Position numbers and translations under genes: made by a program. Source: Eledone cirrhosa (Eukaryota). Taken from it: a stretch of 64,000 nucleotides of DNA. Positions 1-15,553 of this stretch are shown piece by piece. Within the stretch, counting starts at the first letter, position 1. Each line of letters begins with the position of its first letter. The stretch is taken from positions 34,038,001-34,102,000 of the forward strand of contig OZ024755.1 of assembly GCA_964016885.1 (NCBI GenBank), given 5' to 3'. The notes below the pieces were generated by a model, which saw only the letters and a list, made by a program, of their open reading frames with translations, made no database searches and was not told where the DNA came from.

Positions 1-313
1 TAAAACTAAAATTTAAGTCTGCAAGCATCTGTCGATCTCTGACATCAGCAAAGAATTAGCCAACATGTGAGAGTGGTGGGGTGTATAAATATACCTATAT
101 ATTATATATATATATATATATATACCTATATATATATATATAAAACGGATAAAAAATTTGTCCGGAAAAGACAGCCCTAACACCGGCCAGAGTTATTTCC
201 CTTGACCTACTGCAAAATCAATACATGTTTTTTTACGAAGAATGAACTCTGACGTGAACTTATCTCTAAAAACCCATTCCTAGTCATGTAAGGAACACTT
301 TTCAGTTATTTAT

Positions 314-353
314 GCCCTTGAGAAGCCCATTCGGGCGAAACGTACGTAGGTGC
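314..353 (+). ncRNA. Minimal type-I hammerhead ribozyme candidate, U3-A8 core variant
   Basis: gccc-TTGAGAA-GCCC-attc-GGGC-GAAA-CGTACG-TA-ggtgc. 4-bp stem II, palindromic stem III ACGTACGT, GUA triplet, short bulged stem I. AATAAA follows at ~361. Confidence 0.7.
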
Positions 354-407
354 TATTTTAAATAAATATGCTTTAACGGTTTGTTCTCCTATATTTATGT
401 CTCCACG

Positions 408-581
408 TGGAATGATAGGGACCCCAGTCCCTAGCATCTCATTTCTACAGCTGAGTAAACTGGAGCAATGTGAAATAAAGTGTCTTGCTCAAGGAAACAA
501 CACATCACCCGGTCTGAGAATTGAACTCACAACCTTTCGATTGCAAGGCCAATGCTCTAACCACTAAGCCATGTGCCTCCA
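408..581 (-). mobile_element. tRNA-derived CORE-like SINE (family A), 5' part
   Basis: Minus strand reads GGAGGCACATGGCTTAGTGG (A box) ... GAGTTCAATTC (B box), then tgtttccttgagcaagacactttatttcacattgctccagtttactcagctgtagaaatg. Near-identical copies recur across the window. Confidence 0.85.
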
Positions 582-593
582 TATATATATATA

Positions 594-690
594 TACAGGG
601 ATTGTAACGTGAAGTTACTGTAGGTTCACCCAAGTGAGCACTTGATGTTTAGTTTCATGTCAGTGGCAGCGTGTAGAGCTAGACAGAGTG
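594..690. repeat. Dispersed ~95-bp repeat, possible DNA transposon end (second copy ~52490-52585)
   Basis: cagggattgtaacgtgaagttactgtaggttcaccca...gtgtagagctagacagagt is shared by both loci, each directly after a (TA)n tract. Confidence 0.6.
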
Positions 691-747
691 TAATATAATA
701 ATACCAGGATGATTTGTTAAGCCTTCATTCCATTTATTGATTGGTGA

Positions 748-824
748 TGCGCGTTTCGCTATTGATCAGCTCAAGGTTTGATCTGTATTGATCTGGCCCA
801 ACTCTGAAATCAAAAGCTCATCGG
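748..824 (-). ncRNA. Degenerate hammerhead motif with long stem II
   Basis: Minus strand: CCGATGA-GCTtTTGAT...ATCAAtAGC-GAAA-CGCG-CA, then AATAAA. U4 and U16.1 are changed to C and stem I is weak, so it is probably inactive. Confidence 0.4.
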
Positions 825-1028
825 ACTTCTGCTCTAATAATGACAGAATACATATATTTATACATATGTATGTAGCAAAAGAAATGTTTTCCCATGGTTT
901 CCTTCTTCCTTACAGACATGACCACAAAATAAGTGACCTGCAACCTTGCAGAGAAGACAATAGATAAATTCTCCTGATGGTAGGATTTACAGTTCTAAGA
1001 AGGAGAACATATTCTTGGGCCATCTGTT

Positions 1029-1291
1029 CATCATCATCATTTTACGTCCACTTTTCCCTGCTTGCAAGGGGTGGGACGGGAACTGATACTGGCTTGATTT
1101 CTACAGCTGGATGCCCTTCCTAACACCAACCTCATTTACAGTGAGTGCTGGGTGCTTTTTTGCCATGGCACCTCCACGACCACTTTGCAGTGGAATGATA
1201 GGGACCCCAGTCCCTATCATCTCATTTCTACAGCTGAGTAAACTGGAGCAATGTGAAATAAAGTGTCTTGCTCAAGGACACAACACATCAC
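1029..1291 (-). mobile_element. SINE family A, body plus (GAT)n tail
   Basis: catcatcatcattttacgtcc tail followed by the family A body; the 5' head is missing. Confidence 0.85.
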
Positions 1292-1649
1292 CTGTTATGT
1301 ATAAAAAATAACTAACCCTCATTATAAGAAGCTGTCCTGTGGTCTCCACACTGAGTCATCTGCCTCTTCTCCAAGACAACGCAGTTCACTGCCACTTTGC
1401 TTGTACAACATAACCTCACCATATAAGAGTATACTACTACCTCTGCTGGTACATACTCTCTGACTACAACTTGTCACATTTTAACATTTAACATTTACAT
1501 TACTCTATATTTACTATCGTATTTTTGTGGTAAATGCTTTACCTTATGTAATTATCTCCCATAATATCGAATCTATGAGATTGTGATGTTTTCTATTTTG
1601 AGATCACTACATTCTGACAAGATACATATCTCCATATATATATATGCTT

Positions 1650-2025
1650 AGTGTAGAGTTATGGCTATTTACGTTCTGAGTTCAAAATTTGCCAAGGTTA
1701 GCTTTGCCTTTCATCCTTATGGGATTAATAAAATAAAGCCCCAGTAATGCGCTGGGGTTGATTTAAACGACTTTCCTTTCCCCTAAAATTGTTAGCCATG
1801 TGCTTAAATGAGAAACGATTATTTTGACAATGGGCGGTGGATTGGCAGTATTGGTAGAGGGTCGGGCGCCATGCTTTGAAGCATAGAGTTACCTCCCTTT
1901 ATGATCTGAGTTCAAATCCCGCCGAGGTTAACTTTGCCTTTCATCCTTACGGGGGTCGATAAAATAAAGTACCAGTAATGCACTGGGATAATTGCTGGCC
2001 TGGTGCCTAAAGTAGAAACAATTAT
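1650..2025 (+). mobile_element. Two tandem tRNA-derived Meta/MESC-like SINEs (family B)
   Basis: gggcggtggattggcag...gagttcaaatcccgccgaggttaactttgcctttcatccttacggggtcgataaaataaagtaccag. The central motif resembles the MetaSINE/MESC domain. AT-rich tail. Confidence 0.8.
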
Positions 2026-2483
2026 TTGGACAGGTCCTCTGAAGCACAGCCCTTTGCCACTTGTTGCATTCGTTTGTAATCTCTTTTGTGTGAAGATGAG
2101 AAAACCCCCACTTCTACCATCACCTTCCTCAGTTCTCCCAGTTCATGACTTCCTTCTTCTTGAATGTCTTGCCATTTCTTTACTCAACACCATGTTCTAC
2201 AATGATGTTCCTGTTTTTAAACCGTTTTTTTTTTATTTCCCAATATCTATTTGTATGTTCTCGTATTAAGCATTGGCTCAAGGCAATTTCTAAATGGCTT
2301 TGTTTCTTTTTCTAAAGACCAAATTGATAAATGCAGATAACTGACTAGCAGAGCAGAAGTATGACATTATCGGTGAAGCATAGAACCTGAGAGGCCATTT
2401 GCGATAGATGCCTGATGATGTTGCTAGTGCATCTTAAATAATTTGCACTCATCTTCATTGTCATTACAATCAGAAGCAAACAG

Positions 2484-2808
2484 CATCATCATCGTCATCA
2501 TGGTTATTACCAAAATCCTCATCATCATCATCATCATAAGTAAAACCATCATCATCATCATCACCATCATTGTCATTTTTTCACTATACTCATTATCATC
2601 ATTGTCATAATCATCATCATCATCACCGATACCACCACCAACACCACCATCAATACCACCACCACCACCTTCATTATCATCATTGTCATCATCACCACCA
2701 TCACCATCATCATCACCACCACCACCATCATCATCATCATCGATACCACCACCATCACCAATACCACCACCACCATCATCATCATCATCGTCGTCACCGC
2801 CGCCGCCG
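2484..2808. repeat. (CAT/CAC)n trinucleotide microsatellite
   Basis: Direct reading; it is the source of the His-rich pseudo-ORF. Confidence 0.9.
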
Positions 2809-2984
2809 CAGTGGAATGATAGGGACCCCAGTCCCTATCATCTCATTTCTACAGCTGAGTAAACTGGAGCAATGTGAAATTAAGTGTCTTGCTCAAGGAA
2901 ACAACACATCACCCGGTCTGAGAATTGAACTCACAATCTTTCGATTGCAAGGCCAATGCTCTAACCACTAAGCCATGTGCCTCC
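2809..2984 (-). mobile_element. SINE family A, 5' part
   Basis: Near-identical to 408-581. Confidence 0.85.
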
Positions 2985-3332
2985 AAGCGGATGTAAAATG
3001 ATGATGATGATGGTGAAGATGATGATGATATGTATAATGTATTTGGTGTTAGGAAGGGCACTCAGCTGTAAAAAACACCGGCCAAGTTTACAGTCCAGTC
3101 AGAGCAAGATATGGCATGGCCAATCCTGGTCAGACTTGTCTCTCGATGCAGACGACCCATCTGACCCATGCAAGCATGGAAAAATGGACATTAAACGGTG
3201 ATGATGATGATGATGAAAACATTTTAACATATGTAACATTGTATCATACTTCTCTTTACAACATATACTTCACCTTGATACCAATATAATAGTAGAAGAC
3301 CAATTTACTAAATTTACTAACAGTTTACTTAA

Positions 3333-3520
3333 TAGGCGTGTGGTTAAAGAATTGGATTCACAATTGTGAGGTTGTGAGTTCGATTCCCGGACCGGGTCTT
3401 GTGTTATGTCCTTGAGCAAGACACTTTATTTCACGTTGTGACCGATAGATAGTATTAGCAATTGAAAAGACCGATGGAAACATTGTTTTTTCGGTCCGAT
3501 TTGGCAAATGTCGATCGTTC
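3333..3520 (+). mobile_element. CORE-like SINE with a distinct 3' region (family D; second copy ~56232-56440)
   Basis: tRNA-like head with gagttcgattcc, then gtccttgagcaagacactttatttca, then gtattagcaattgaaaagaccgatggaaacattg shared with the 56 kb copy. Confidence 0.7.
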
Positions 3521-3687
3521 CTTACTTAATATTCTGATGAGTTAGTCTGTTGGCAAAAAAAATTGTCCGAATGCTTTACTCCTCCTCCTCCTCAGCCTCC
3601 TCTTCATCATCATTACAGTTATCATCACCACAACTAATAACAACATCCTTCCTTCTCCTCTTCCTTCTCATCATTATCATCATCATC

Positions 3688-4193
3688 GGCGGTGGTGGTG
3701 GTGGTAGCGGAGGTGGTGGTGGTGGTGGTGGTAGTGGTGGCAGCGGTAATGGTAGTAGTGGTGGTGGTAGTAGTGGAGGTGGTGGTGGTGGTGGTGGTGG
3801 TGGTGGTAGATGTGGTTGTGGAGGTGGCAGTGGTGGTGGTGGTAGTAGTGAGGTGGTGGTGGTGGTAGTAATGGTGGTGGTGGTAGTAGTGGTGGCGGTG
3901 GTAGTAGCGGTGGTGGAGGTGGCGGTGGTGGTGGTGGTGGTGGTAGTGGCAATAGTGGTGGTGGTGGTGGTGGCGGTGGTAATAGTGGTGCTGGTGGTGG
4001 TGGTAGTGGAGGTAGTAGTGGTGGTGGAGGTGGCAGTGGTGGTGGTGGTAGTGGTAATAGTGGTGCTGGTGGCGGTAGTAGTGGTAGTGGTAGTGGTAAT
4101 AGTGGTGGTAGTGGTGGTAGTGGTGGTGGTGGTGGTAGTGGTGGTAGTGGTGGTGGTGGTGGTGGTGGTAGTGGTGGTAGTAGTAGTGGTGGT
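3688..4193. repeat. (GGT/AGT)n microsatellite
   Basis: Direct reading. Confidence 0.9.
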
Positions 4194-5162
4194 TTCCTTT
4201 TCAGGCAATTTATATTCTTTGAAATCAAAGTGAAAATACAATATTGTCTTTTAAAACAGATTCAGCTCAGTTGAATGTATATAAATTACTTGGAAATTCT
4301 GAAAGCTATGTATCTCTATGAAAATTCTCTATAAGTTTCCTACTGATTTTAACTGGCAAATACATTTCATTTATCTCATTCAGATATCATTCTAATGGAT
4401 TCCCACCACTTACTACTCTCTCTTCCAAAATAGAAAATTACATGTCTAGAGATTCTCCCTTACTTTTTTTTTTTTTGCTTTGTTTTTTGTTGCTGATACT
4501 TTTTTAACATGGTAAAATATTCCCACCCCGTACTCTTCTTATAATTGAATTCCAAAGAGACTTCTAGAATAATATGAATAAAGACAAATTATTGCTATCT
4601 TATACAATGGCTACAGATAAGTGTCTTGTATAAACTATTTGTGAAATATAAGTTCAATTTTTACTTCTCATACTGACGATTTCTGGACAAGTCAATAGTT
4701 TGAAGGTAGTTAGACACAGCAAAACTGTTCAATGTGGATGACAAGAATCAAAGGATGAATGCGGGTAGCCAACTCTGTGCCAATAGTGGTCAGCAGGGAA
4801 GTGGTCAGCAGGGAAGTGGCCCTAGGGCCAAAAACACCAGATGACCCCACTCAAATCGTCCACAAAGATAAGATTGGTGATGCTTCTAAATTCAGAATAT
4901 CCATTTCTAAAAACATGTTTTGTAAGCCAATATGATAATTGGTTTGCTAAAACAATATTACTCCACAAAATAAGTTTTTGTTAATGTTAACATAAAATAT
5001 AATTAGCTTGCCTTCAAGAATAAAATTATATCTTCTGTCTTGGTTAGAGGTTAAATAGCAGCTGCTAACAGTTAAGCATACACTGAAATAATTTCTAATT
5101 GTCCAGCAATACAATCGTCCAGTACTTGCTATTCTTTACTCTTTCTTTTTGGATCATTTTAA

Positions 5163-5365
5163 TCTGTTGACTGCTGTGTATATTTTACACATCTACAGTT
5201 GCTGTGTTAACTGCTGCATAATTTTACACATCTACAGATGCTGTATTGACTGCTGCATATATTTTACACATCTACAGTTGCTGTGTTGACTGCTGCATAT
5301 ATTTTACACATCTACAGTTGCTGTGTTGACTGCTGCGTATATTTTACACAGCTACAGTTGCTGTG
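5163..5365. repeat. 40-bp minisatellite, ~5 copies
   Basis: Unit ctgtgttgactgctgcatatattttacacatctacagttg. Confidence 0.9.
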
Positions 5366-5453
5366 CCAGTTTTTTTTTCTTCAGTAAAATGGATATATTT
5401 TTAAACAAACATCTATTAACAATACATATCAATAAACTAGTAACCCCATCTAG

Positions 5454-5558
5454 CTTTGAAGTTATGAGCTGTTGGAAACGAGTTCATAACTTTGAAGTTA
5501 TGAACTGTTGGAAACGAGTTCATCACTTCGAAGTTATGAACTGTTGGAAACGAGTTCA
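5454..5558. repeat. 36-bp minisatellite, ~3 copies, with an internal hairpin
   Basis: Unit ctttgaagttatgaactgttggaaacgagttcataa; GTTATGAACT and AGTTCATAAC are complementary. Confidence 0.85.
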
Positions 5559-6062
5559 AACATGTTAGGATAAGTTATCTCGTCCGTGGCACTGGAATGC
5601 ATACATGTTAGGATGAGTTATCTGATCTATGGCACTGATGAGGTTTATAAATATCTATTCTACACAGCCTCATTTTTTATCGTTTTTGTCTTGGCTTTCT
5701 CAGAGGTTATATCCTTATGGGGTCGATGAATTAAAGCACGAGCAAGCACTGGGGTTGATTTAATCGACTTTTCCCTCCCCTTCAAATTGCTGGCCTTGTG
5801 CCTAAAGTAGAAACAGTTATTATTGATGACACCATAATTTAGAATAGTATGATGTTCTGGCAGTTAAGTTAGGTGGCTTGAAAATGTGTAGGAATGAGAT
5901 CAGTAGGACAATCGGCATCCATACACCTTTTATAGAATGTCCATAATAGATCTCTGCAACAAAAGATGGGATGCTTATGTCACTATCCTATTATAAGATC
6001 TAGTTTTGAAGATTTCATGTTTGATAATGCCTTTATAATTTTTTCTATAATCTACAATTTAA

Positions 6063-6283
6063 CCCTTTAGCATTTACATTATTCTATATATACTATTGTA
6101 TTTTCATCGTAAAAGCTTTACCTCACATAATTATTTCACATAATATCGAATCGATGAGATTTTGATATTATTTATTTTGAGAACAATATCTTAACATCAG
6201 TATGAATGGCTGTTTATAGCTGGCTTGAACAGAAAGAGGTGAGAGAATTCTGGCTGGATATGGCCGGTTTAAATGCTAAAGGG
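6063..6283. mobile_element. piggyBac-like MITE, complete
   Basis: TTAA-CCCTTTAGCATTTA ... TAAATGCTAAAGGG-TTAA, giving a 14-bp TIR and TTAA target duplication. Related copies at ~1480-1620, 48940-49120, 57518-58250, 58483-58662 and 60257-60464. Confidence 0.9.
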
Positions 6284-6344
6284 TTAATTCTCAATATTTC
6301 TGTTCAACATGTTTGCAGTAGCCCTGTTCTAGTTTGTCTGTCCT

Positions 6345-6645
6345 TTCAACTTCTTCTTATTCCTGAGAATAAGTGGAGAGAGAGTCCTCAAACACCCCTG
6401 CCAGTAGGTCCTGTCAGAAGCAACCGTCCCCAGCTAATCCGGCTGGATCCCCAAGTGAGAGCAGCCAAGCTCACGGATGTTATCCAACCATCTTGCTCGG
6501 TCTACCCCTGGATCTCTTGCCGTTTGGTTTTGCACGTAAAATCTTTCCAGTGATTCTTTCCTGAGACATTCTAACCACATGTCCATAGTATCAGAGCTGT
6601 GATCTCTCAATTCGGAGAAGGAGTGGCTCTACCTGGAGTGACTCT
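6345..6645 (-). pseudogene. RTE-type LINE ORF C-terminal fragment
   Basis: Minus-strand translation ...VEPLLLRIERSQL*YYGHVVRMSQERITGKILRAKPNGKRSRGRPRARWLDNIRE... matches the RTE 'RLRW.GHV.RM...GRPR.RW.D' tail. Confidence 0.8.
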
Positions 6646-8442
6646 CTGTGATTCTTTCCTGAAACATTCTAACCACATACCCATAGTATCAGAGCTGATC
6701 TCTTAATTTGGAGAAGTAGTAGCCCTTTCTGGAGTGACTCTCCAGTGAATCTTTCCTGAGACATTCTAACCACATGTCCATAGTATCAGAGCTGATCTCT
6801 TAATTTGGAGAAGTAGCAGCTCTACCTGGAGTGACTCACAAGTGATTCTTTCCAGAGACATTCTAACCACCTGTCCATAGTATCAGAGGTGTGATCTCTC
6901 AGTTCAGAGAAGTAGTGACTCTCCAGTGATTCTTTCCCGAGACATTCTAACCACATGTCCATAGTATCAGAGCTGTGATCTCTCAATTCGGAGAAGGAGT
7001 GGCTCTTCCTGGAGTGACTCTCCAGTAATTCTTTCCTGAGACATTCTAACCACATGTCCATAGTATCAGAGCTGTGATCTCTCAATTCGGAGAAGGAGTG
7101 GCTCTTCCTGGAGTGACTCTCCAGCGATTCTTTCCTGAGACATTCCAACCACCTGTCCATAGCATCAGAGCTGTGATCTCTCAATTCGGAGAAGTAGCGG
7201 CTCTTCCTGGAGTGACTCACAAGTGATTCTTTCCTGAGACATTCTAACCACCTGTCCATAGTATCAGAGCTGTGATCTCTCAATTCAGAGAAGTAGCAGC
7301 TCTACCTGGAGTGCCTCTCCAGTGATTCTTTCCCGAGACATTCTAACCACATGTCCATAGTATCAGAGCTGTGATCTCTCAATTCGGAGAAGGAGTGGCT
7401 CTACCTGGAGTGACTCTCTGTGATTCTTTCCTGAAACATTCTAACCACATACCCATAGTATCAGAGCTGATCTCTTAATTTGGAGAAGTAGTAGCCCTTT
7501 CTGGAGTGACTCTCCAGTGAATCTTTCCTGAGACATTCTAACCACATGTCCATAGTATCAGAGCTGATCTCTTAATTTGGAGAAGTAGCAGCTCTACCTG
7601 GAGTGACTCACAAGTGATTCTTTCCTGAGACATTCTAACCACCTGTCCATAGTATCAGAGGTGTGATCTCTCAGTTCAGAGAAGTAGTGACTCTCCAGTG
7701 ATTCTTTCCCGAGACATTCTAACCACATGTCCATAGTATCAGAGCTGTGATCTCTCAATTCGGAGAAGGAATGGCTCTTCCTGGAGTGACTCTCCAGTAA
7801 TTCTTTCCTGAGACATTCTAACCACATGTCCATAGTATCAGAGCTGTGATCTCTCAATTCGGAGAAGGAGTGGCTCTACCTGGAGTGACTCTCTGTGATT
7901 CTTTCCTGAAACATTCTAACCACATACCCATAGTATCAGAGCTGATCTCTTAATTTGGAGAAGTAGTAGCCCTTTCTGGAGTGACTCTCCAGTGAATCTT
8001 TCCTGAGACATTCTAACCACATGTCCATAGTATCAGAGCTGTGATCTCTCAATTCGGAGAAGGAGTGGCTCTTCCTGGAGTGACTCTCCAGCGATTCTTT
8101 CCTGAGACATTCCAACCACCTGTCCATAGCATCAGAGCTGTGATCTCTCAATTCGGAGAAGTAGCGGCTCTTCCTGGAGTGACTCACAAGTGATTCTTTC
8201 CTGAGACATTCTAACCACCTGTCCATAGTATCAGAGCTGTGATCTCTCAATTCAGAGAAGTAGCAGCTCTACCTGGAGTGCCTCTCCAGTGATTCTTTCC
8301 CGAGACATTCTAACCACATGTCCATAGTATCAGAGCTGTGATCTCTCAATTCGGAGAAGTAGTGGCTCTTCCTGGAGTGACTCTCCAGTGATTCTTTCCT
8401 GAGACATTCTAACCACATGCCTGTAGTATCAGAGCTGTGATC
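6545..8442 (-). repeat. ~99-bp tandem satellite (~19 units) derived from the adjacent RTE ORF
   Basis: Unit gagacattctaaccacatgtccatagtatcagagctgtgatctctcaattcggagaag...; 97-99 bp units plus 84-bp deletion variants. Diagnostic variants recur at 772-bp spacing. Confidence 0.95.
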
Positions 8443-8939
8443 TCCCTTTTTTTTTTCCATTTTCTCTCCTGTCTCTAGACTCACTAGTTTAATTTATTAT
8501 TTCTTTCCCATATAGAATTCCACTAGTTTTCATCTTGTTCATCTGAGGGAGTATCTTTTACAATAATTGTGAGGTCTACATTATAGCTATGATAAACTGA
8601 TTTATGGTATTGGAAAACAGTTCATTCAACCTTGTGCAGATATAATACATTGATTGGTATTTAAGTATTTTAGCTGTGGCTATGAATGCTTGTTTCAGCT
8701 TATGTAGTTTATCATTTAAAGTTTCAAATGTTTTATGTTCTAACTGCTTCTCTAAATATGTATAATTGTGTTTTTCTTCTTCTATGTATGTTTTCTCTTT
8801 CTCTTAATTTCGAGTATATTTTTTTGACCGGCCACCTTCCTGGTGGCAAGGTTGTAAAAGAAAAGAAATTGTCATCCCTTGAATCGTAAGAATGTTTTGC
8901 AAATTTTGAAGGTGCCAGCTATCGCAGCCATTTGTAGAC

Positions 8940-9432
8940 TATGTATGTATGTATGTATGTATGTATGTATGTATTATGTATGTATGTATGTATGTATGTG
9001 TGTATGTGTGTGTTTGTATGTATGTGTGTGCGTATGTATGCATGTATGTGTGTGTGTGTGCATGTGTGTGTATGTATGTATGTGTGTATGTATGTATGTA
9101 TGTATGTATGTAGGTGTGTATGTATGTATGTAGGTGTGTATGTATGTATGTGCGTATATATGTATGTGTGTGTGAATGCATGTGTGTATGTATGTGTATG
9201 AGTGTGTATGTATGTATGTGTATGTATGTTTATGTATATATGTGTATGTATGTATGTATATGTATGTATGTATATGTATGTGTGTATGTTTATGTATATA
9301 TGTGTATGAACGTATGTGTATGAATGTGTATGTATGTATGTATGTTTATGTATATATGTGTATGTATGTATGTATGTGTAGGTGTGTAGGTATGTATGTA
9401 TGTATGTATGTATGTATGTGTATGTATGTATG
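8940..9432. repeat. (TATG)n/(TG)n compound microsatellite
   Basis: Direct reading. Confidence 0.9.
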
Positions 9433-9529
9433 TTCTAGTTTTATAATTTTATACATTTTTTTGCCGATACAGATTCGGTTTCTTACATAGACACCAGACC
9501 CTCTCATTGGAATTTACACAACATCAACT

Positions 9530-12206
9530 AGGTAGATATGTATACATGTATGTGTGTGTAGATATGGAAGTTATTGTATGTGTGAATGTGTATGTTTTGA
9601 GTTATATGTATACATGTATGCATGTGTAGATATGGAAGTTATTGTATGTGTGGATGTGTATGTTTTGAGTTATATGTATACATGTATGCATGTGTAGATA
9701 TGGAAGTTATTGTATGTGTGAATGTGTATGTTTTGAGTTATATGTATGTGTGTGTAGGTATGGATGTTATTGTATGTGTGGATGTGTATGTTTTGAGTTA
9801 TATGTATGTGTGTGTAGGTATGGATGTTATTGTATGTGTGAATGTGTATGTTTTGAGTTATATGTATGTGTATGTGTGTGTAGGTATGGATGTTATTGTA
9901 TGTGTGAATGTGTATGTTTTGAGTTATATGTATGTATGTGTGTGTGTGTGTAGATATGGATGTTATTGTATGTGTGGATGTGTATGTTTTGAGTTATATG
10001 TATGTATGTGTGTGTGTGTAGGTATGGATGTTATTGTATGTGTGGATGTGTATGTTTTGAGTTATATGTATGTGTATGTGTGTGTAGGTATGGAAGTTAT
10101 TGTATGTGTTAATGTGTATGTTTTGAGTTATATGTATACATGTATGCATGTGTAGATATGGAAGTTATTGTATGTGTGAATGTGTATGTTTTGAGTTATA
10201 TGTATGTATGTGTGTGTGTGTGTAGGTATGGATGTTATTGTATGTGTGGATGTGTATGTTTTGAGTTATATGTATGTATGTGTGCGTGTGTGTGTGTGTA
10301 GATATGGATGTTATTGTATGTGTGGATGTGTATGTTTTGAGTTATATGTATGTGTGTGTGTGTGTGTAGGTATGGATGTTATTGTATGTGTGGATGTGTA
10401 TGTTTTGAGTTATATGTATGTATGTGTGTGTGTGTAGGTATGGATGTTATTGTATGTGTGGATGTGGATGTTTTGAGTTATATGTATGTATGTGTGTGTA
10501 GGTATGGATGTTATTGTATGTGTGAATGTGTATGTTTTGAGTTATATGTATGTATGTGTGTGTGTGTGTGTAGATATGGATGTTATTGTATGTGTGGATG
10601 TGTATGTTTTGAGTTATATGTATGTATGTGTGTGTAGATATGGAAGTTATTGTATGTGTGGATGTGTATGTTTTGAGTTATATGTATGTATGTGTATGTG
10701 TGTGTAGGTATGGATGTTATTGTATGTGTGGATGTGTATGTTTTGAGTTATATGTATGTGTATGTGTGTGTAGGTATGGATGTTATTGTATGTGTGGATG
10801 TGTATGTTTTGAGTTATATGTATGTATGTGTGTGTAGATATGGAAGTTATTGTATGTGTGGATGTGTATGTTTTGAGTTATATGTATGTATGTGTATGTG
10901 TGTGTAGGTATGTATGTTATTGTATGTGTGAATGTGTGTGTTTTGAGTTATATGTATGTGTGTGTGTGTGTGTAGGTATGGATGTTATTGTATGTGTGGA
11001 TGTGTATGTTTTGAGTTATATGTATGTGTATGTGTGTGTAGGTATGGATGTTATTGTATGTGTGGATGTGTATGTTTTGAGTTATATGTATGTATGTGTG
11101 TGTGTGTGTAGGTATGAATGTTATTGTATGTGTGGATGTGTATGTTTTGAGTTATATGTATGTATGTGTGTGTGTGTGTAGGTATGGATGTTATTGTATG
11201 TGTGGATGTGTATGTTTTGAGTTATATGTATGTGTATGTGTGTGTAGGTATGGATGTTATTGTATGTGTGAATGTGTATGTTTTGAGTTATATGTATGTG
11301 TGCATGTGTGTGTGTGTAGGTATGGATGTTATTGTATGTGTGGATGTGTATGTTTTGAGTTATATGTATGTATGTGTGTGTGTGTGTAGGTATGGATGTT
11401 ATTGTATGTGTGGATGTGTATGTTTTGAGTTATATGTATGTACGTGTGTGTGTGTGTGTAGATATGGATGTTATTTTTTGTGTGGATGTGTATGTTTTGA
11501 GTTATATGTATGTATGTGTGTGTGTATGTATGTTATTGTATGTGTGGATGTGTATGTTTTGAGTTATATGTATGTATATGTGTGTGTGTGTAGGTATGGA
11601 TGTTATTGTATGTGTGGATTTGTATGTTTTGAGTTTTATGTATGTACGTGTGTGTGTATGGATGTTATTGTATGTGTGTATGTGTATGTATGTGTGTGTG
11701 TAGGTATGGATGTTATTGTATGTGTGGATGTGTATGTATGTGTGTGTGTAGGTATGGATGTTATTGTATGTGTGGATGTGTATGTTTTGAGTTATATGTA
11801 TGTACGTGTGTGTGTGTGTGTAGATATGGATGTTATTTTTTGTGTGGATGTGTATGTTTTGAGTTATATGTATGTATGTGTGTGTGTATGTATGTTATTG
11901 TATGTGTGGATGTGTATGTTTTGAGTTATATGTATGTGTGTGTATGTGTGTGTGTAGATATGGATGTTATTGTATGTGTGGATGTGTATGTTTTGAGTTA
12001 TATGTATGTGTGTGTGTAGGTGTGGAAGTTATTGTATGTGTGGAGGTGTATAGGTAGATATGTATGTATGTCTGTATGCATGTGTGTGTAGATATCGATG
12101 TTATTGTATGTGTGGAGGTGTATGTATTGAGTTATATGTATGTATGTATGTGTGTGTGTAGATATGGATGTTATTGTATGTGTGGAGGTGGATGTTTTGA
12201 GTTATA
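9530..12206. repeat. ~60-74-bp minisatellite: constant core plus variable (GT/GTAT)n linker, ~40 units
   Basis: Core gtaggtatggatgttattgtatgtgtggatgtgtatgttttgagttatat repeated with microsatellite linkers. Confidence 0.95.
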
Positions 12207-12638
12207 ATTGTGCACGTGCTATGTTTTGTAACTGCACATGTGTACATACTGTTATTACATGCAGACATTTTGGAATGTTATACTCAGCTGAAAATGAGTA
12301 CCAGCAGTAGTTAGGGGCTTAATGTGATGTACTTGTGTCCTGTCCAGGGCAAGATCAAGTACTCTAATCAATTAAAGCCATGGAAACCAGGATAAGCACA
12401 CACCTGATGAGCCTTCAGGCTTGAGACAAACTACTTGTGTGATGAGGGACGGTATTGGACCTGTCTGTATTCTATCTCTACAGACAATCATCCTTGTCGG
12501 TGTAGGGCCCTCTAGCATCACAAAGGCCCCCCAGTGAGGGATTACATCAGATCTGTTTATAACCAAACACCACACTTCTGTACTATTACATAAATATAGG
12601 CATGTGTCCATGTGTGTATACATATGTATGTGTGTGTA

Positions 12639-15553
<2,915 letters not shown>

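Noticed and set aside
510-581. tRNA gene (also at the other SINE heads)
   Set aside because: A and B boxes are present, but there is no closing acceptor stem and the sequence continues into the SINE body.
2570-4241. His-, Gly/Val-, Thr- and Pro-rich ORFs
   Set aside because: Translations of trinucleotide microsatellites and SINE sequence, open on both strands.
9530-12206. CRISPR-like repeat/spacer appearance
   Set aside because: Linkers are only (GT)/(GTAT) runs rather than unique spacers; there are no cas genes and the context is eukaryotic.
12404-12430. CTGATGA-GCC-ttca-GGC hammerhead-like start
   Set aside because: No GAAA or stem III follows, and the equivalent position in other family C SINE copies lacks CTGATGA.
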